DNA of 64,000 nt from Candidatus Moraniibacteriota bacterium (GTDB lineage: Bacteria > Patescibacteriota > Minisyncoccia > Moranbacterales > DUUL01): positions 38,954 through 102,953 of the forward strand of contig DUUL01000039.1 in assembly GCA_012841575.1 (NCBI GenBank), read 5' to 3'. Positions 1 to 8,453 of the stretch are shown in pieces. Positions within the stretch are counted from its first letter, which is position 1, and every line of letters starts with the position of its first letter. The notes under the pieces are model-generated. The model was not told where the DNA came from. It saw nothing but the letters and a program-made list of their open reading frames with translations, and ran no database searches. Position numbers and translations under genes: made by a program.

Positions 1-540
1 ATGTCGCGAATAGGAAAAAAACCAATTGAATTGCCGTCTGGTGTAACCGCTTCCTTAGATGGTCAGATTTTGAAAGTTAAGGGACCTAAGGGAGAATTGA
101 GTTTAAAGGTTAGCTATGAAGTAGCAGTTGAGGTTACGGATAAGAGCATTGAGGTTAAGCAGAAGGGAAAAACTAAAAATGCCCCGATGCTTTGGGGTAC
201 AACTAGGGCCTTAATTAATAATATGGTAATTGGTGTAACAGAGGGATTTGAAAAAACATTAGAGTTGCAAGGAGTGGGTTATAAAATGGCAGTTCAGGGA
301 AATAAACTGAATCTGAATTTGGGATTCTCCCATCCAGTAAATCCAGAAATACCAGAGGGGCTAACGGCAGAAATTGAAAAATCGTTTTTGACAATTAAGG
401 GAATGGATCGGCAAAAGGTGGGGCAATTTGCTGCTGAAATTAGAAGTTTAAAACCAGTTGAGCCATACAAGGGAAGAGGCTTTCGTTATAAAGATGAGGA
501 GGTTATTCGCAAAGAAGGCAAGAAGGCCGCAAGTGAATAG
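1..540 (+). CDS. rplF: 50S ribosomal protein L6
   Basis: Translation MSRIGKKPIELPSGV...KGPKGEL is a typical L6 N-terminus. It sits in the conserved position before L18/S5. Confidence 0.95.
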   Translation: MSRIGKKPIELPSGVTASLDGQILKVKGPKGELSLKVSYEVAVEVTDKSIEVKQKGKTKNAPMLWGTTRALINNMVIGVTEGFEKTLELQGVGYKMAVQGNKLNLNLGFSHPVNPEIPEGLTAEIEKSFLTIKGMDRQKVGQFAAEIRSLKPVEPYKGRGFRYKDEEVIRKEGKKAASE

Positions 541-576
541 TGTTAATATTAACTTATAGTTAGTTAAAGTAATCTC

Positions 577-912
577 ATGAATCGTAATACAGCAAGATTA
601 AGAAGAAAAAAAAGAGCTGAAGTGCCAGGCACCGCAAAGCGCCCTCGGCTTTCTGTTTATCGTAGTTTGAGAAAAATCGAAGCTCAAATAATTGATGATG
701 AAGCAGGCAAAACTTTGGTTTCTGCTCAATCAAGCGAAACTGGAATGAAGGATTTTGATTTAAAAGCAGCGGAAAAGCTAGGGGCAATATTAGCAGAAAA
801 GACTAAAAAGGCAGGAATTACTGAAATAGTTTTTGATCGAAGCGGCTATAAATATCATGGAAAGGTAAAGGCCTTAGCAGAGGGAATGCGTAAGGGAGGA
901 ATAAATTTTTAA
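577..912 (+). CDS. rplR: 50S ribosomal protein L18
   Basis: Arg/Lys-rich N-terminus (RLRRKKR...RPRLSVYRS) and C-terminal GITEIVFDRSGYKYHGKV match L18. Synteny L6-L18-S5. Confidence 0.93.
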   Translation: MNRNTARLRRKKRAEVPGTAKRPRLSVYRSLRKIEAQIIDDEAGKTLVSAQSSETGMKDFDLKAAEKLGAILAEKTKKAGITEIVFDRSGYKYHGKVKALAEGMRKGGINF

Positions 913-955
913 TAATTTGAATAATTAACTATTCTGAAGTAGCTATTCACTAAAG

Positions 956-1609
956 ATGGAAAACAATAAATTGAACAATCGAAGAAGTAAAAATAAGTTT
1001 CGTCGCTCCAAGCGAGAGCGACCAGAGTTTGATCAAAAAATGATTGACTTGGCGAGAGTAACTCGTGTGGTTAAAGGTGGCCGACGTTTTTCTTTTCGAG
1101 CAACTGTTGTAATCGGCAATCGTAAGGGCAAAGTTTCTTATGGCGTTGCCAAGGGAATGGATGTTTCCTCTGCAATTGGTAAGGCAGTGGCAGCAGCTAA
1201 GAAGAGAATGAGAGAGATTAAAAGAACCAATACAACCATTGCTTTTGAGGTTAATAAAAAACTAGGCGCAGCAGTTATTATGATTAAACCAGCAAAGGAA
1301 GGACGGGGAATTGTTGCAGGTGGTGCAATGCGCTCTGTTTTAGAGTTGGCAGGAATTAAGGATGTTGTGGGAAAGTCATTTGGAACCTCTAATAAAATTA
1401 ACGTGGCAAGAGCAACTATTGCTGCCTTGGAAGACTTAGGTAAGCCGATGGCACAACAGGGGAGAGTGAAAAAAGAAACTAAGCAGCCACAACCAAAATC
1501 AATAATCAAGAAGACAACAAAGAAAGTAGAACAACCGACTGTGAAAAAGGCAGCAATTGAAGAAAAGAAGACAGAGGAGAAAGTGGAAAAGGTAGTTAAT
1601 AAAGAATAA
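956..1609 (+). CDS. rpsE: 30S ribosomal protein S5 with ~50-aa Lys-rich C-terminal extension
   Basis: S5 core motifs VTRVVKGGRRFSFRATVVIGN and GIVAGGAMRSVLELAGI. The tail KKETKQPQPK...KVEKVVNKE is low-complexity and K/E-rich. Confidence 0.93.
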   Translation: MENNKLNNRRSKNKFRRSKRERPEFDQKMIDLARVTRVVKGGRRFSFRATVVIGNRKGKVSYGVAKGMDVSSAIGKAVAAAKKRMREIKRTNTTIAFEVNKKLGAAVIMIKPAKEGRGIVAGGAMRSVLELAGIKDVVGKSFGTSNKINVARATIAALEDLGKPMAQQGRVKKETKQPQPKSIIKKTTKKVEQPTVKKAAIEEKKTEEKVEKVVNKE

Positions 1610-1619
1610 GTTTATAAGT

Positions 1620-2030
1620 ATGCAAGCACATAATTTAAAATCAGATTCACGGAAAAACGCTAAAAGAATTGCTCGTGGTGGACGAAGGGGAACTTTTAGT
1701 GGCCGTGGTTTAAAAGGACAGAAATCACGTTCTGGTCATTCTCAAAGACCAACCTTTGAAGGAGGCCGCTCTAGTTTGATTTCACGAACTAAAAAGGTGC
1801 GTGGCTTTAAGGCAATTAAAACTCCTTTGCAATTAGTTAATTTAATTTCGATTGAAAGAAAATATCAGGATGGAGAGACTGTTTCTCCAGAAACTTTAAA
1901 ACAAAAAGGATTAATCAAAAAACTTCACCAACAAGTGAAAATACTTGGCAATGGAGAGCTTTCTAAAAAAGTAAAATTCAAAGACGTTGCAATGTCTGGA
2001 GCAGTTAAGGATAAGATCGAAAAAAAGTAA
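1620..2030 (+). CDS. rplO: 50S ribosomal protein L15
   Basis: Gly/Arg-rich N-terminus (RGGRRGTFSGRGLKGQKSRSG) is characteristic of L15. It follows S5 directly with a 10-nt gap, so there is no room for L30. Confidence 0.9.
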   Translation: MQAHNLKSDSRKNAKRIARGGRRGTFSGRGLKGQKSRSGHSQRPTFEGGRSSLISRTKKVRGFKAIKTPLQLVNLISIERKYQDGETVSPETLKQKGLIKKLHQQVKILGNGELSKKVKFKDVAMSGAVKDKIEKK

Positions 2031-2065
2031 GGCTTTTCCTAAGGATTTATTAAACAAAAATTTCT

Positions 2066-3334
2066 ATGTTCAAAAAATTCAGTCAGCTTTTTAAGGTTAA
2101 AGAACTAAGAAACAAGCTTTTTTTCATCTTGGGAATCTTGGCAGTTTTTCGTTTGGCTGCTAACGTGCCCATTCCTGGGATTGATGCTGAGCAACTAAGA
2201 AGATTTTTTGACAACAATCAATTATTGGGCTTTTTAGATATGTTTTCTGGAGGTGGTTTGAAAAATGTTTCAATTGTGATGTTGGGTGTTGGTCCCTACA
2301 TTACCGCTTCGATTATCATGCAGTTGATGACTATGATTTCTCCTCGGTTGGAGCAGTTATATAAAGAAGAGGGAGAGGCTGGTAGACAAAAGTTTAATAT
2401 GTGGACTAGGTATTTAACAGTGCCATTAGCAGTTTTGCAAGGAGTCGCTATGATTTCTCTTTTCAAAAATAGTGGTTTGCTGGTTAATTTTTCCGCATTT
2501 AATTATGTTATGGCAATTGTAACCGTTACAGCTGGAACTATTTTTATTATGTGGCTGGGTGAGTTAATTACTGAAAAAGGATTGGGAAATGGAGTTTCTT
2601 TGTTAATTTTTGCAGGAATAGTCTCTGGCTTACCAGGAGCAATTCAACAAATTATGGCAACCTGGGACTCAACCCAAATGCTAACTTACGCTGGTTTTCT
2701 TGTGGCTGGTTTAATCACTATTGCTGGAGTGGTCTTGGTAAATGAAGGACAGCGGACTATTCCAATTTCATTTGCTAGAAGATTACGCGGAGGAGGAATG
2801 GGAAATAGCAAATCAACTTTACCACTAAGGGTTAATCATGCTGGAGTAATCCCTATTATCTTTGCGATGTCAATTTTGCAGTTTCCAGCAATTTTAGCAA
2901 CTTTTTTGGCTGGAGTAAGTAATCAAACCATTGCAAATTATGCAGGGAAAATGGCGGATTTATTTGCTAATCAAACATTTCACGGAACATTTTATTTTCT
3001 CTTAGTAGTTGCTTTTACTTACTTCTACACGGCAGTTACTTTTGATCCTAAAAATGTAGCAGAGAATTTGCAGCGTCAAGGTGGCTTTATTCCAGGAATT
3101 CGACCAGGAGTGCCTACAATGGAATATTTAAACAGAATAGTTAACAGAGTGACTTTAACTGGCTCTATTTTCCTAGGTTCTATTGCAGTTTTACCATTTG
3201 TTACTCAAGGGTTTACAGGAATACAAACTCTAACTATTGGAGGAACTGGTATTTTAATTGTTGTTTCAGTGGTATTGGAAATGATGAAGCAAATAGAGGC
3301 GCAGTTAGTGATGAGGGATTATGAAACCTTTTAG
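2066..3334 (+). CDS. secY: Preprotein translocase subunit SecY
   Basis: 422 aa with 10 predicted TM segments. Conserved SecY segments GIMPYITASII-like (GVGPYITASIIMQ) and GRQKF. Position after L15. Confidence 0.95.
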   Translation: MFKKFSQLFKVKELRNKLFFILGILAVFRLAANVPIPGIDAEQLRRFFDNNQLLGFLDMFSGGGLKNVSIVMLGVGPYITASIIMQLMTMISPRLEQLYKEEGEAGRQKFNMWTRYLTVPLAVLQGVAMISLFKNSGLLVNFSAFNYVMAIVTVTAGTIFIMWLGELITEKGLGNGVSLLIFAGIVSGLPGAIQQIMATWDSTQMLTYAGFLVAGLITIAGVVLVNEGQRTIPISFARRLRGGGMGNSKSTLPLRVNHAGVIPIIFAMSILQFPAILATFLAGVSNQTIANYAGKMADLFANQTFHGTFYFLLVVAFTYFYTAVTFDPKNVAENLQRQGGFIPGIRPGVPTMEYLNRIVNRVTLTGSIFLGSIAVLPFVTQGFTGIQTLTIGGTGILIVVSVVLEMMKQIEAQLVMRDYETF

Positions 3335-3480
3335 AATGTTAAATTGACTAGAGTTGAGTGGTTTTGATAAGGTGTTGATTTATAAAGAAAATGCACTAAA
3401 CTACAAAGAGGGTAGAAGAAGAGAGAAGTACTTGAAATCAGGACAAGGAAAAGCATTCTTAAGAACATTCATAAAATAAT

Positions 3481-3556
3481 GCGGGTGTCGTATAGTGGCT
3501 TATTATATCAGCCTTCCAAGCTGAGGATGGCGGTTCGATTCCGCTCACCCGCTCCA
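3481..3556 (+). tRNA. tRNA-Gly (anticodon UCC)
   Basis: Cloverleaf folded by eye. Acceptor GCGGGTG/CACCCGC. Anticodon stem TCAGC/GCTGA with loop CTTCCAA. T-loop GGTTCGATTCC. CCA is encoded. Confidence 0.85.
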
Positions 3557-3564
3557 ATGAAGAA

Positions 3565-3592
3565 TAGAAAGCGACAATTTTGTCGCTTTCTA
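3565..3592 (+). terminator. 13-bp perfect hairpin immediately 3' of tRNA-Gly (TAGAAAGCGACAA-tt-TTGTCGCTTTCTA)
   Basis: Perfect inverted repeat seen directly. The downstream U-run is weak (TATT), so the terminator assignment is tentative. Confidence 0.45.
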
Positions 3593-3642
3593 TTGATAAT
3601 AGCTACAGCCTTTAATTATAACATAAACATTCAATTAAGTAA

Positions 3643-3915
3643 ATGGCATTTACTTTAGAAATTATTATTGAACATCCACGAGTTGAATTAGTACTGAGAG
3701 AGAATGAAGAATTAACGGGGCGGGTTAGTTGGGATGATCAAAACAATATTTCAAATAAATTATTGGTAGAAATCGATAAGCTTTTAAAGAAAAATAACTT
3801 AAAAGTTCAAGACTTAAAAAAAGTCTTCACTTCTTCTAATCAAAAATCATATACAGCAAGCAGAATTGCACGGGTGACAGCAAAAACAATCAACTTTTGT
3901 TTAACAGAGAAATAG
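3643..3915 (+). CDS. TsaB/YeaZ-like N-terminal fragment (90 aa)
   Basis: ISNKLLVEIDKLLKKNNLKVQDLKKVFTSSNQKSYTASRIARVTAKTI aligns by eye to the TsaB N-terminal region (LLPMIDELL...LQDLDAIAV..GPGSFTGVRIG). It is only about 40% of normal TsaB length and lacks the GPGSFTG glycine motif. Confidence 0.4.
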   Translation: MAFTLEIIIEHPRVELVLRENEELTGRVSWDDQNNISNKLLVEIDKLLKKNNLKVQDLKKVFTSSNQKSYTASRIARVTAKTINFCLTEK

Positions 3916-3966
3916 CTTGGCTTTTCTTGGATTAATGATAAAATGAGATGGTATTAACTTAAGTTT

Positions 3967-5064
3967 ATGCAATTTGCTCAAATCCATACCATCCCCGAAG
4001 TATTAGCGCTGGCTAAAATTATTGTTTTAGCAACTCTTTCTTTTCTGCTAGCTTTTTTCCTAACTCCTCTTTGGTCTAAGTTTCTTTATCGTTATAAAAT
4101 TGGAATTAAAATTAAAGACACTGCTGTTGATGGGGAAAAGTTAACTTATGTTGGTAAAATGCATGCGCACAAAGCAGGAACGCCAACAATGGGAGGAGTG
4201 ATCATCTGGGCTAGTATCTTGCTTTTAGCGTGGATTTCTTCTTGGTTAGCACCCTTTCTTTCGGAACAATTAAGAAATGTTTGGGTTAGTCGATTGGATT
4301 TTGTTTCTCGTTCTCAAACCTGGTTGCCCTTATTTGCATTAGCTTCAACTGCTATTCTGGGGTTGGTTGATGATTGGATGAGTGTTAAGCAGATTGGTGG
4401 GAATAAGGGAGGGGGAATGCGCTTTTTTTGGCGTTTGTTTTGGGTTTTTGTTATGGCTGCTTTTGGGGCCTATTGGTTTTACGAAAAACTAGGTTGGAGC
4501 AGCATCCATGTTCCTGGAGTAGATAGTTTTACAATCGGATTGTGGTATATCCCTCTTTTTATTTTCATAATTATTGCTACTGCTTTTTCTTCAAATGAAA
4601 CTGATGGTCTTGATGGTCTAAATGCGGGAATTCTAATTCAAGCCTTTGCCGCTTTCGCTATCATTTCTTTTGCTCAGGATAGAATGAATCTAGCAGCTTT
4701 CTGTGGAGTGACTGCGGGAGCACTTTTGGCTTTTTTGTGGTTTAATTTCTATCCTGCTCGATTTTTTATGGGTGATACAGGTGCTTTTTCTTTGGGAGCA
4801 ACTCTGGGAGTGGTGGCAATGTTGACTAATTCAGTGATAGCTCTTCCGTTGATTGTTTCCATTTACGTTTTAGAGTCACTTTCAGTAATTATTCAGTTAA
4901 CTAGTAAAAAGCTTTTCAAGAAAAAAGTTTTTTTAGCTGCTCCCTTGCATCATCACTTTGAAGCCAAGGGTTGGCCAGAAACTAAGGTAACAGTGCGGTT
5001 TTGGATCATTAACTTAGCATTTGCAATAATTGGTGTCTTGATTGCAATTATTGGCAGCGGTTGA
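3967..5064 (+). CDS. mraY: Phospho-N-acetylmuramoyl-pentapeptide transferase MraY
   Basis: PNPT family motifs GTPTMGG, LVDDWMSV, NETDGLDGL and FFMGDTG. The MraY-specific PLHHHFEAKGWPE...RFWII motif is present. Confidence 0.85.
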   Translation: MQFAQIHTIPEVLALAKIIVLATLSFLLAFFLTPLWSKFLYRYKIGIKIKDTAVDGEKLTYVGKMHAHKAGTPTMGGVIIWASILLLAWISSWLAPFLSEQLRNVWVSRLDFVSRSQTWLPLFALASTAILGLVDDWMSVKQIGGNKGGGMRFFWRLFWVFVMAAFGAYWFYEKLGWSSIHVPGVDSFTIGLWYIPLFIFIIIATAFSSNETDGLDGLNAGILIQAFAAFAIISFAQDRMNLAAFCGVTAGALLAFLWFNFYPARFFMGDTGAFSLGATLGVVAMLTNSVIALPLIVSIYVLESLSVIIQLTSKKLFKKKVFLAAPLHHHFEAKGWPETKVTVRFWIINLAFAIIGVLIAIIGSG

Positions 5065-5107
5065 TTTTTAATCCAATCTTAAGCCTTGATTTAAAGAATA
5101 ATTAAAG

Positions 5108-6298
5108 ATGAAACTTTTTTTAATTAAATTGGGCAAGGCCTTTACAGCTCTGAAAAGAGATGGTTTTTTTATTGGTGGCAAGAGAATTCTAGACTATCTT
5201 TTTCAATTTATTAGGACAATTTTGGGTTCTTTTCGATCGGGGGAGGCGTTGATTATTGCTAGTGGTGTTGGTGATAGCTCACATTATCGTGCTTTTAACG
5301 TGGCAGAGGAGTTAAATCTACAAGGAATAAAAACTGTAGTTACTATGCAAGACAACCCTTTGCTTTCAGTGTTGGTTAATAGGTTTCAAGTTTTCATTTT
5401 TCAACGCACAATTGTCACTCCAAAGGTCAAAAAAATGATTCATAAGATTAAGCAACAGAAAAAAGAAATTATTTTTGAAACAGACGACTTAGTTTTTGAC
5501 ACAAAGTTTATGCATGCAACAGATGGCTATAAAAATATGAGTTCCTTTGAAAAAATGCAATATACCAAGGGAGTGGGTGAGGAAATTTTAGCAGATCCCT
5601 ACGTAAAAACCTGCACCACTACCACAACTTACATCGCTAAAATTTTAAAAGCAAGAAAAAAGCAGGTTTTTATAGTGCCCAATAAGCTTAATCAAGCAGA
5701 GCTTAAAATTGCTAATGATTTATTAAAAAATCAGCAAAAGAGAAAAGACAATTTGGTAAAGTTGGGTTATTTTAGCGGAACAATGAGTCACAATCGAGAT
5801 TTTGCGACTATCACTGATGCTTTAATCAAATTATTCGAGCAATATCCACAGATGAGACTGGTTTTGGTGGGTCCTCTGGAGACAGAAAATAGACTTAATC
5901 AATTTAAGGATCGGATTGAAAGTTTACCTCTAGTTTCAAGAGAAAAGCACTATAATAATATTTTCCAAGTAGACATTAATTTAGCTCCATTAGAACTGGG
6001 AGATCCTTTTTGTGAAGCTAAGAGTGAGTTGAAATTTTTTGAAGCGGGAATTTTAGAAGTGCCAACGGTTGCGGTTAGCAACGAGACTTTTTCTGGTGCA
6101 ATTAAAGACGGAGTGGATGGATTTTTAGCAAAAAATACAAATGAATGGAGAGATAAGTTAGGACAGTTAATTGAAAACAAAGAACTGAGGAGGGAAATTG
6201 GACAAGCAGCTAGAAAGAAAGTTTTAGAAAAATACACTGTTAAAAATTCTAAAAACACTGTATACTATGACTACATTAACTCCTGTTTAAATAAATAA
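5108..6298 (+). CDS. GT-B fold glycosyltransferase (GT1/GT4-like C-terminal half), paralog of the internal domain of the 1515-aa protein
   Basis: The C-terminal EAGILEVPTVAVSNETFSGAIKDGVDGFLAKNTNEW is the GT-B donor-binding pattern. Clear collinear similarity to aa ~800-1185 of ORF 15713..20260 (VFIFQRT.VTP / VFIFYRTPITP, IIFETDDLVFD / VIFDIDDLVFD, LVLVGPLE / LTLVGPLT). Confidence 0.6.
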   Translation: MKLFLIKLGKAFTALKRDGFFIGGKRILDYLFQFIRTILGSFRSGEALIIASGVGDSSHYRAFNVAEELNLQGIKTVVTMQDNPLLSVLVNRFQVFIFQRTIVTPKVKKMIHKIKQQKKEIIFETDDLVFDTKFMHATDGYKNMSSFEKMQYTKGVGEEILADPYVKTCTTTTTYIAKILKARKKQVFIVPNKLNQAELKIANDLLKNQQKRKDNLVKLGYFSGTMSHNRDFATITDALIKLFEQYPQMRLVLVGPLETENRLNQFKDRIESLPLVSREKHYNNIFQVDINLAPLELGDPFCEAKSELKFFEAGILEVPTVAVSNETFSGAIKDGVDGFLAKNTNEWRDKLGQLIENKELRREIGQAARKKVLEKYTVKNSKNTVYYDYINSCLNK

Positions 6299-6318
6299 AG
6301 CAGGCAATTGTTTTTACT

Positions 6319-7101
6319 ATGAAAAAACAGCACGAAAACTACCAAGAGCTAATTTGGAGATTGGCAAAAACTGATTTTAAACTACGCTACCAAGGTTCAA
6401 TTCTGGGTTATTTTTGGGCTTTGCTTAAGCCAATGCTGACTTTTACGGTCTTATATTTTGTATTTTCTTCAATTTTCAATCCACGCAACTCTGATGGAGT
6501 GTCAACTTATTCGCTGGAATTATTAGTTGGTATTTTAATGTATAGCTTTTTTGCTGAAGGTACTGGCGCTGGCTTAAGCTCTTTGATGAGTAAAGCTCAG
6601 TTGGTAACAAAAATATATGTGCCTCGCTGGACAATTATTCTAGCTGCTACAATTAATTCTGCAATGATTTACTCAATGAATTTGCTGATAATCGTTGCAT
6701 TATTTGCGATTAAGGGCTTTCTACCAGAATGGCAGGCTGTAGCACTCTTCTTTTTGTTTTCCTTTTTCATTTATATTCTAATTGTATCTTTCAGTTTTAT
6801 TGCTGCGCCGCTTTTTGTTAAATTTCGTGATCTTTCAATGATCTGGGAAGTATTGTTGATGATTATTATGTATGCTTCGCCAATCATTTATCCTTTGGTT
6901 ACCTTGCCTGCAAAGTATCATCAGTTAATTCTATTAAACCCAGTAGCATTTATTGTGCACTTTACTAAAGAATCATTAATTCATGCACACTATGCTGATC
7001 CGTCACAATATCTAATCTTTATTATCATGCTAATTGCTTTCTTTGTGTCTAGTATTTTTATTTATCAAAAAATGATCAAGCGAGTTGCTGAAAATATGTA
7101 A
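6319..7101 (+). CDS. ABC-2 type polysaccharide/teichoic-acid exporter permease (Wzm/TagG-like)
   Basis: 260 aa with 6 predicted TM segments. N-terminal LRYQGSILGYFWALLKP is the ABC-2 signature region. It overlaps the downstream ATPase gene by 17 nt. Confidence 0.8.
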   Translation: MKKQHENYQELIWRLAKTDFKLRYQGSILGYFWALLKPMLTFTVLYFVFSSIFNPRNSDGVSTYSLELLVGILMYSFFAEGTGAGLSSLMSKAQLVTKIYVPRWTIILAATINSAMIYSMNLLIIVALFAIKGFLPEWQAVALFFLFSFFIYILIVSFSFIAAPLFVKFRDLSMIWEVLLMIIMYASPIIYPLVTLPAKYHQLILLNPVAFIVHFTKESLIHAHYADPSQYLIFIIMLIAFFVSSIFIYQKMIKRVAENM

Positions 7102-8437
7102 AAATATGAAAAAACCTATTGCCATTAAAGTAAATAATTTATCTAAGACCTTTGTAATTCCGCATGAGAAAATTACCTCTTTACGCTCAGCAGCAATTAC
7201 CGTTTTCAAGAAGAAGGGCTATGAGGAATTCGAGGCGTTGGATGATGTTTCTTTTGAAATAAAAAAAGGGGAATTTTTTGGAATCATTGGGCGTAATGGG
7301 AGTGGAAAATCAACCTTGCTGAAAATTTTAGCAGGAATCTACACTCCAGATCAGGGGAGTGTTAGAGTTGATGGTCTAATCTCACCATTTTTAGAGCTAG
7401 GGATTGGATTTAATCCAGAGCTTTCTGGGCGGGATAATATTTATCTTAATGCGACTGTCTTGGGAATGAGTGAGAAAGAAGTGGATGAGAAATTTGATGA
7501 GATTGTACACTTTTCAGAGCTGGGCAGATTTATTGATCAAAAATTGAAAAATTATTCTTCTGGAATGAGAGTGCGTTTAGCATTTTCTGTTTCAATTCAT
7601 GCCAACAGGGAAATTTTGCTGATGGATGAAGTTTTGGCGGTGGGAGATAATAACTTTCAATCAAAGTGTTTGGAAGAATTCAGAAAATATAAATCAATGG
7701 GCAGGACAGTGGTTTTAGTGACTCATGATATAAATGTAGTGCGTCGTTATTGCGACCGGGCAATGTTGTTGCGTCAGGGCAAGATTGTTTCTATTGGAGA
7801 TGTGAATAAGGTAACGGATCAGTATGTTTTTGATAATATGAGTGATGAAGAGAAGCGACTTTTGGAAGAAGAAAAATATCGTGTAAAAAAAGAAGCCGAA
7901 GAGAAGGCAAGAAGAGAGCGAGAGGATAAAATTAAACTAGCTAAAGCAAAGAAAGAACAACTTGCTTTAGAAAAAAAGAAGATTGAGGAAGAAAAAAAGG
8001 CTAAAGCAGAAAAAGAAAGGAATAGGTTTGTTGAAATTACAAAAGTAGAATTTTTAGGTAAAGAAGGGAGAGATAAGAAGGTTTTTGAGACAGGGGAAAA
8101 GGTTTCGATAAAAATCAAGTATAAAGTTATTAAGCCTTACAAGGAATTAAATTTTGGTGTCGGATTGCATGCTGTTTCGGGAGGTCAGATCTTTGGCTAT
8201 AATACACAAATGGATGATATTGAAGTTCAAGATAATAAAACAGAGTTAACACTAGCATTTGATTCTTTACCTCTTCTGGAGGGAGAATATTTTGTTAATA
8301 TTGCTTGCTGGGGTGCTGTTGAACAAAGTCACTATGACTTTAAGCCTAACTACGCAACCTTGAAGTTTTTTGCAAAGGGTAGAAAAGGAAAGTATAGAGG
8401 GTTTGTTGATATACCACATAAATGGCTAGATAGTTGA
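7085..8437 (+). CDS. ABC exporter ATP-binding protein (Wzt/TagH-like) with K/E-rich helical spacer and C-terminal beta-rich putative carbohydrate-binding domain
   Basis: Walker A GRNGSGKST, signature YSSGMRVRLAF, Walker B ILLMDEVLAVGD. Then an ~70-aa E/K/R-rich segment. Then a 135-aa domain resembling the Wzt C-terminal glycan-binding domain. Confidence 0.8.
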   Translation: MLKICKNMKKPIAIKVNNLSKTFVIPHEKITSLRSAAITVFKKKGYEEFEALDDVSFEIKKGEFFGIIGRNGSGKSTLLKILAGIYTPDQGSVRVDGLISPFLELGIGFNPELSGRDNIYLNATVLGMSEKEVDEKFDEIVHFSELGRFIDQKLKNYSSGMRVRLAFSVSIHANREILLMDEVLAVGDNNFQSKCLEEFRKYKSMGRTVVLVTHDINVVRRYCDRAMLLRQGKIVSIGDVNKVTDQYVFDNMSDEEKRLLEEEKYRVKKEAEEKARREREDKIKLAKAKKEQLALEKKKIEEEKKAKAEKERNRFVEITKVEFLGKEGRDKKVFETGEKVSIKIKYKVIKPYKELNFGVGLHAVSGGQIFGYNTQMDDIEVQDNKTELTLAFDSLPLLEGEYFVNIACWGAVEQSHYDFKPNYATLKFFAKGRKGKYRGFVDIPHKWLDS

Positions 8438-8453
8438 GTCAGAAAATTTTTTA

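Noticed and set aside
575-787. 70-aa minus-strand ORF overlapping rplR
   Set aside because: It is entirely antisense to a highly conserved ribosomal protein gene, and its low-complexity F/L-rich translation is typical of AT-rich antisense frames. The same reasoning applies to antisense ORFs at 1138..1509, 5950..6258, 7819..8118, 10177..10377, 10849..11037, 11584..11817, 11915..12136, 12803..13006, 13196..13525, 14190..14528, 22626..22910, 23053..23580, 23100..23453, 25391..25585, 26036..26260, 31434..31628, 32684..32893, 33420..33848, 37117..37302, 38185..38400, 38605..38799, 39390..39623, 41815..42136, 43087..43314, 45652..45891, 46502..46723, 47515..47730, 50847..51149, 51980..52369, 56466..56810, 57937..58119, 58316..58510, 61315..61518 and 63213..63485.
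3335-3480. Intergenic region after secY as a possible small RNA
   Set aside because: No convincing conserved structure or promoter/terminator pair could be identified by eye. It is probably just the spacer and promoter region for tRNA-Gly.
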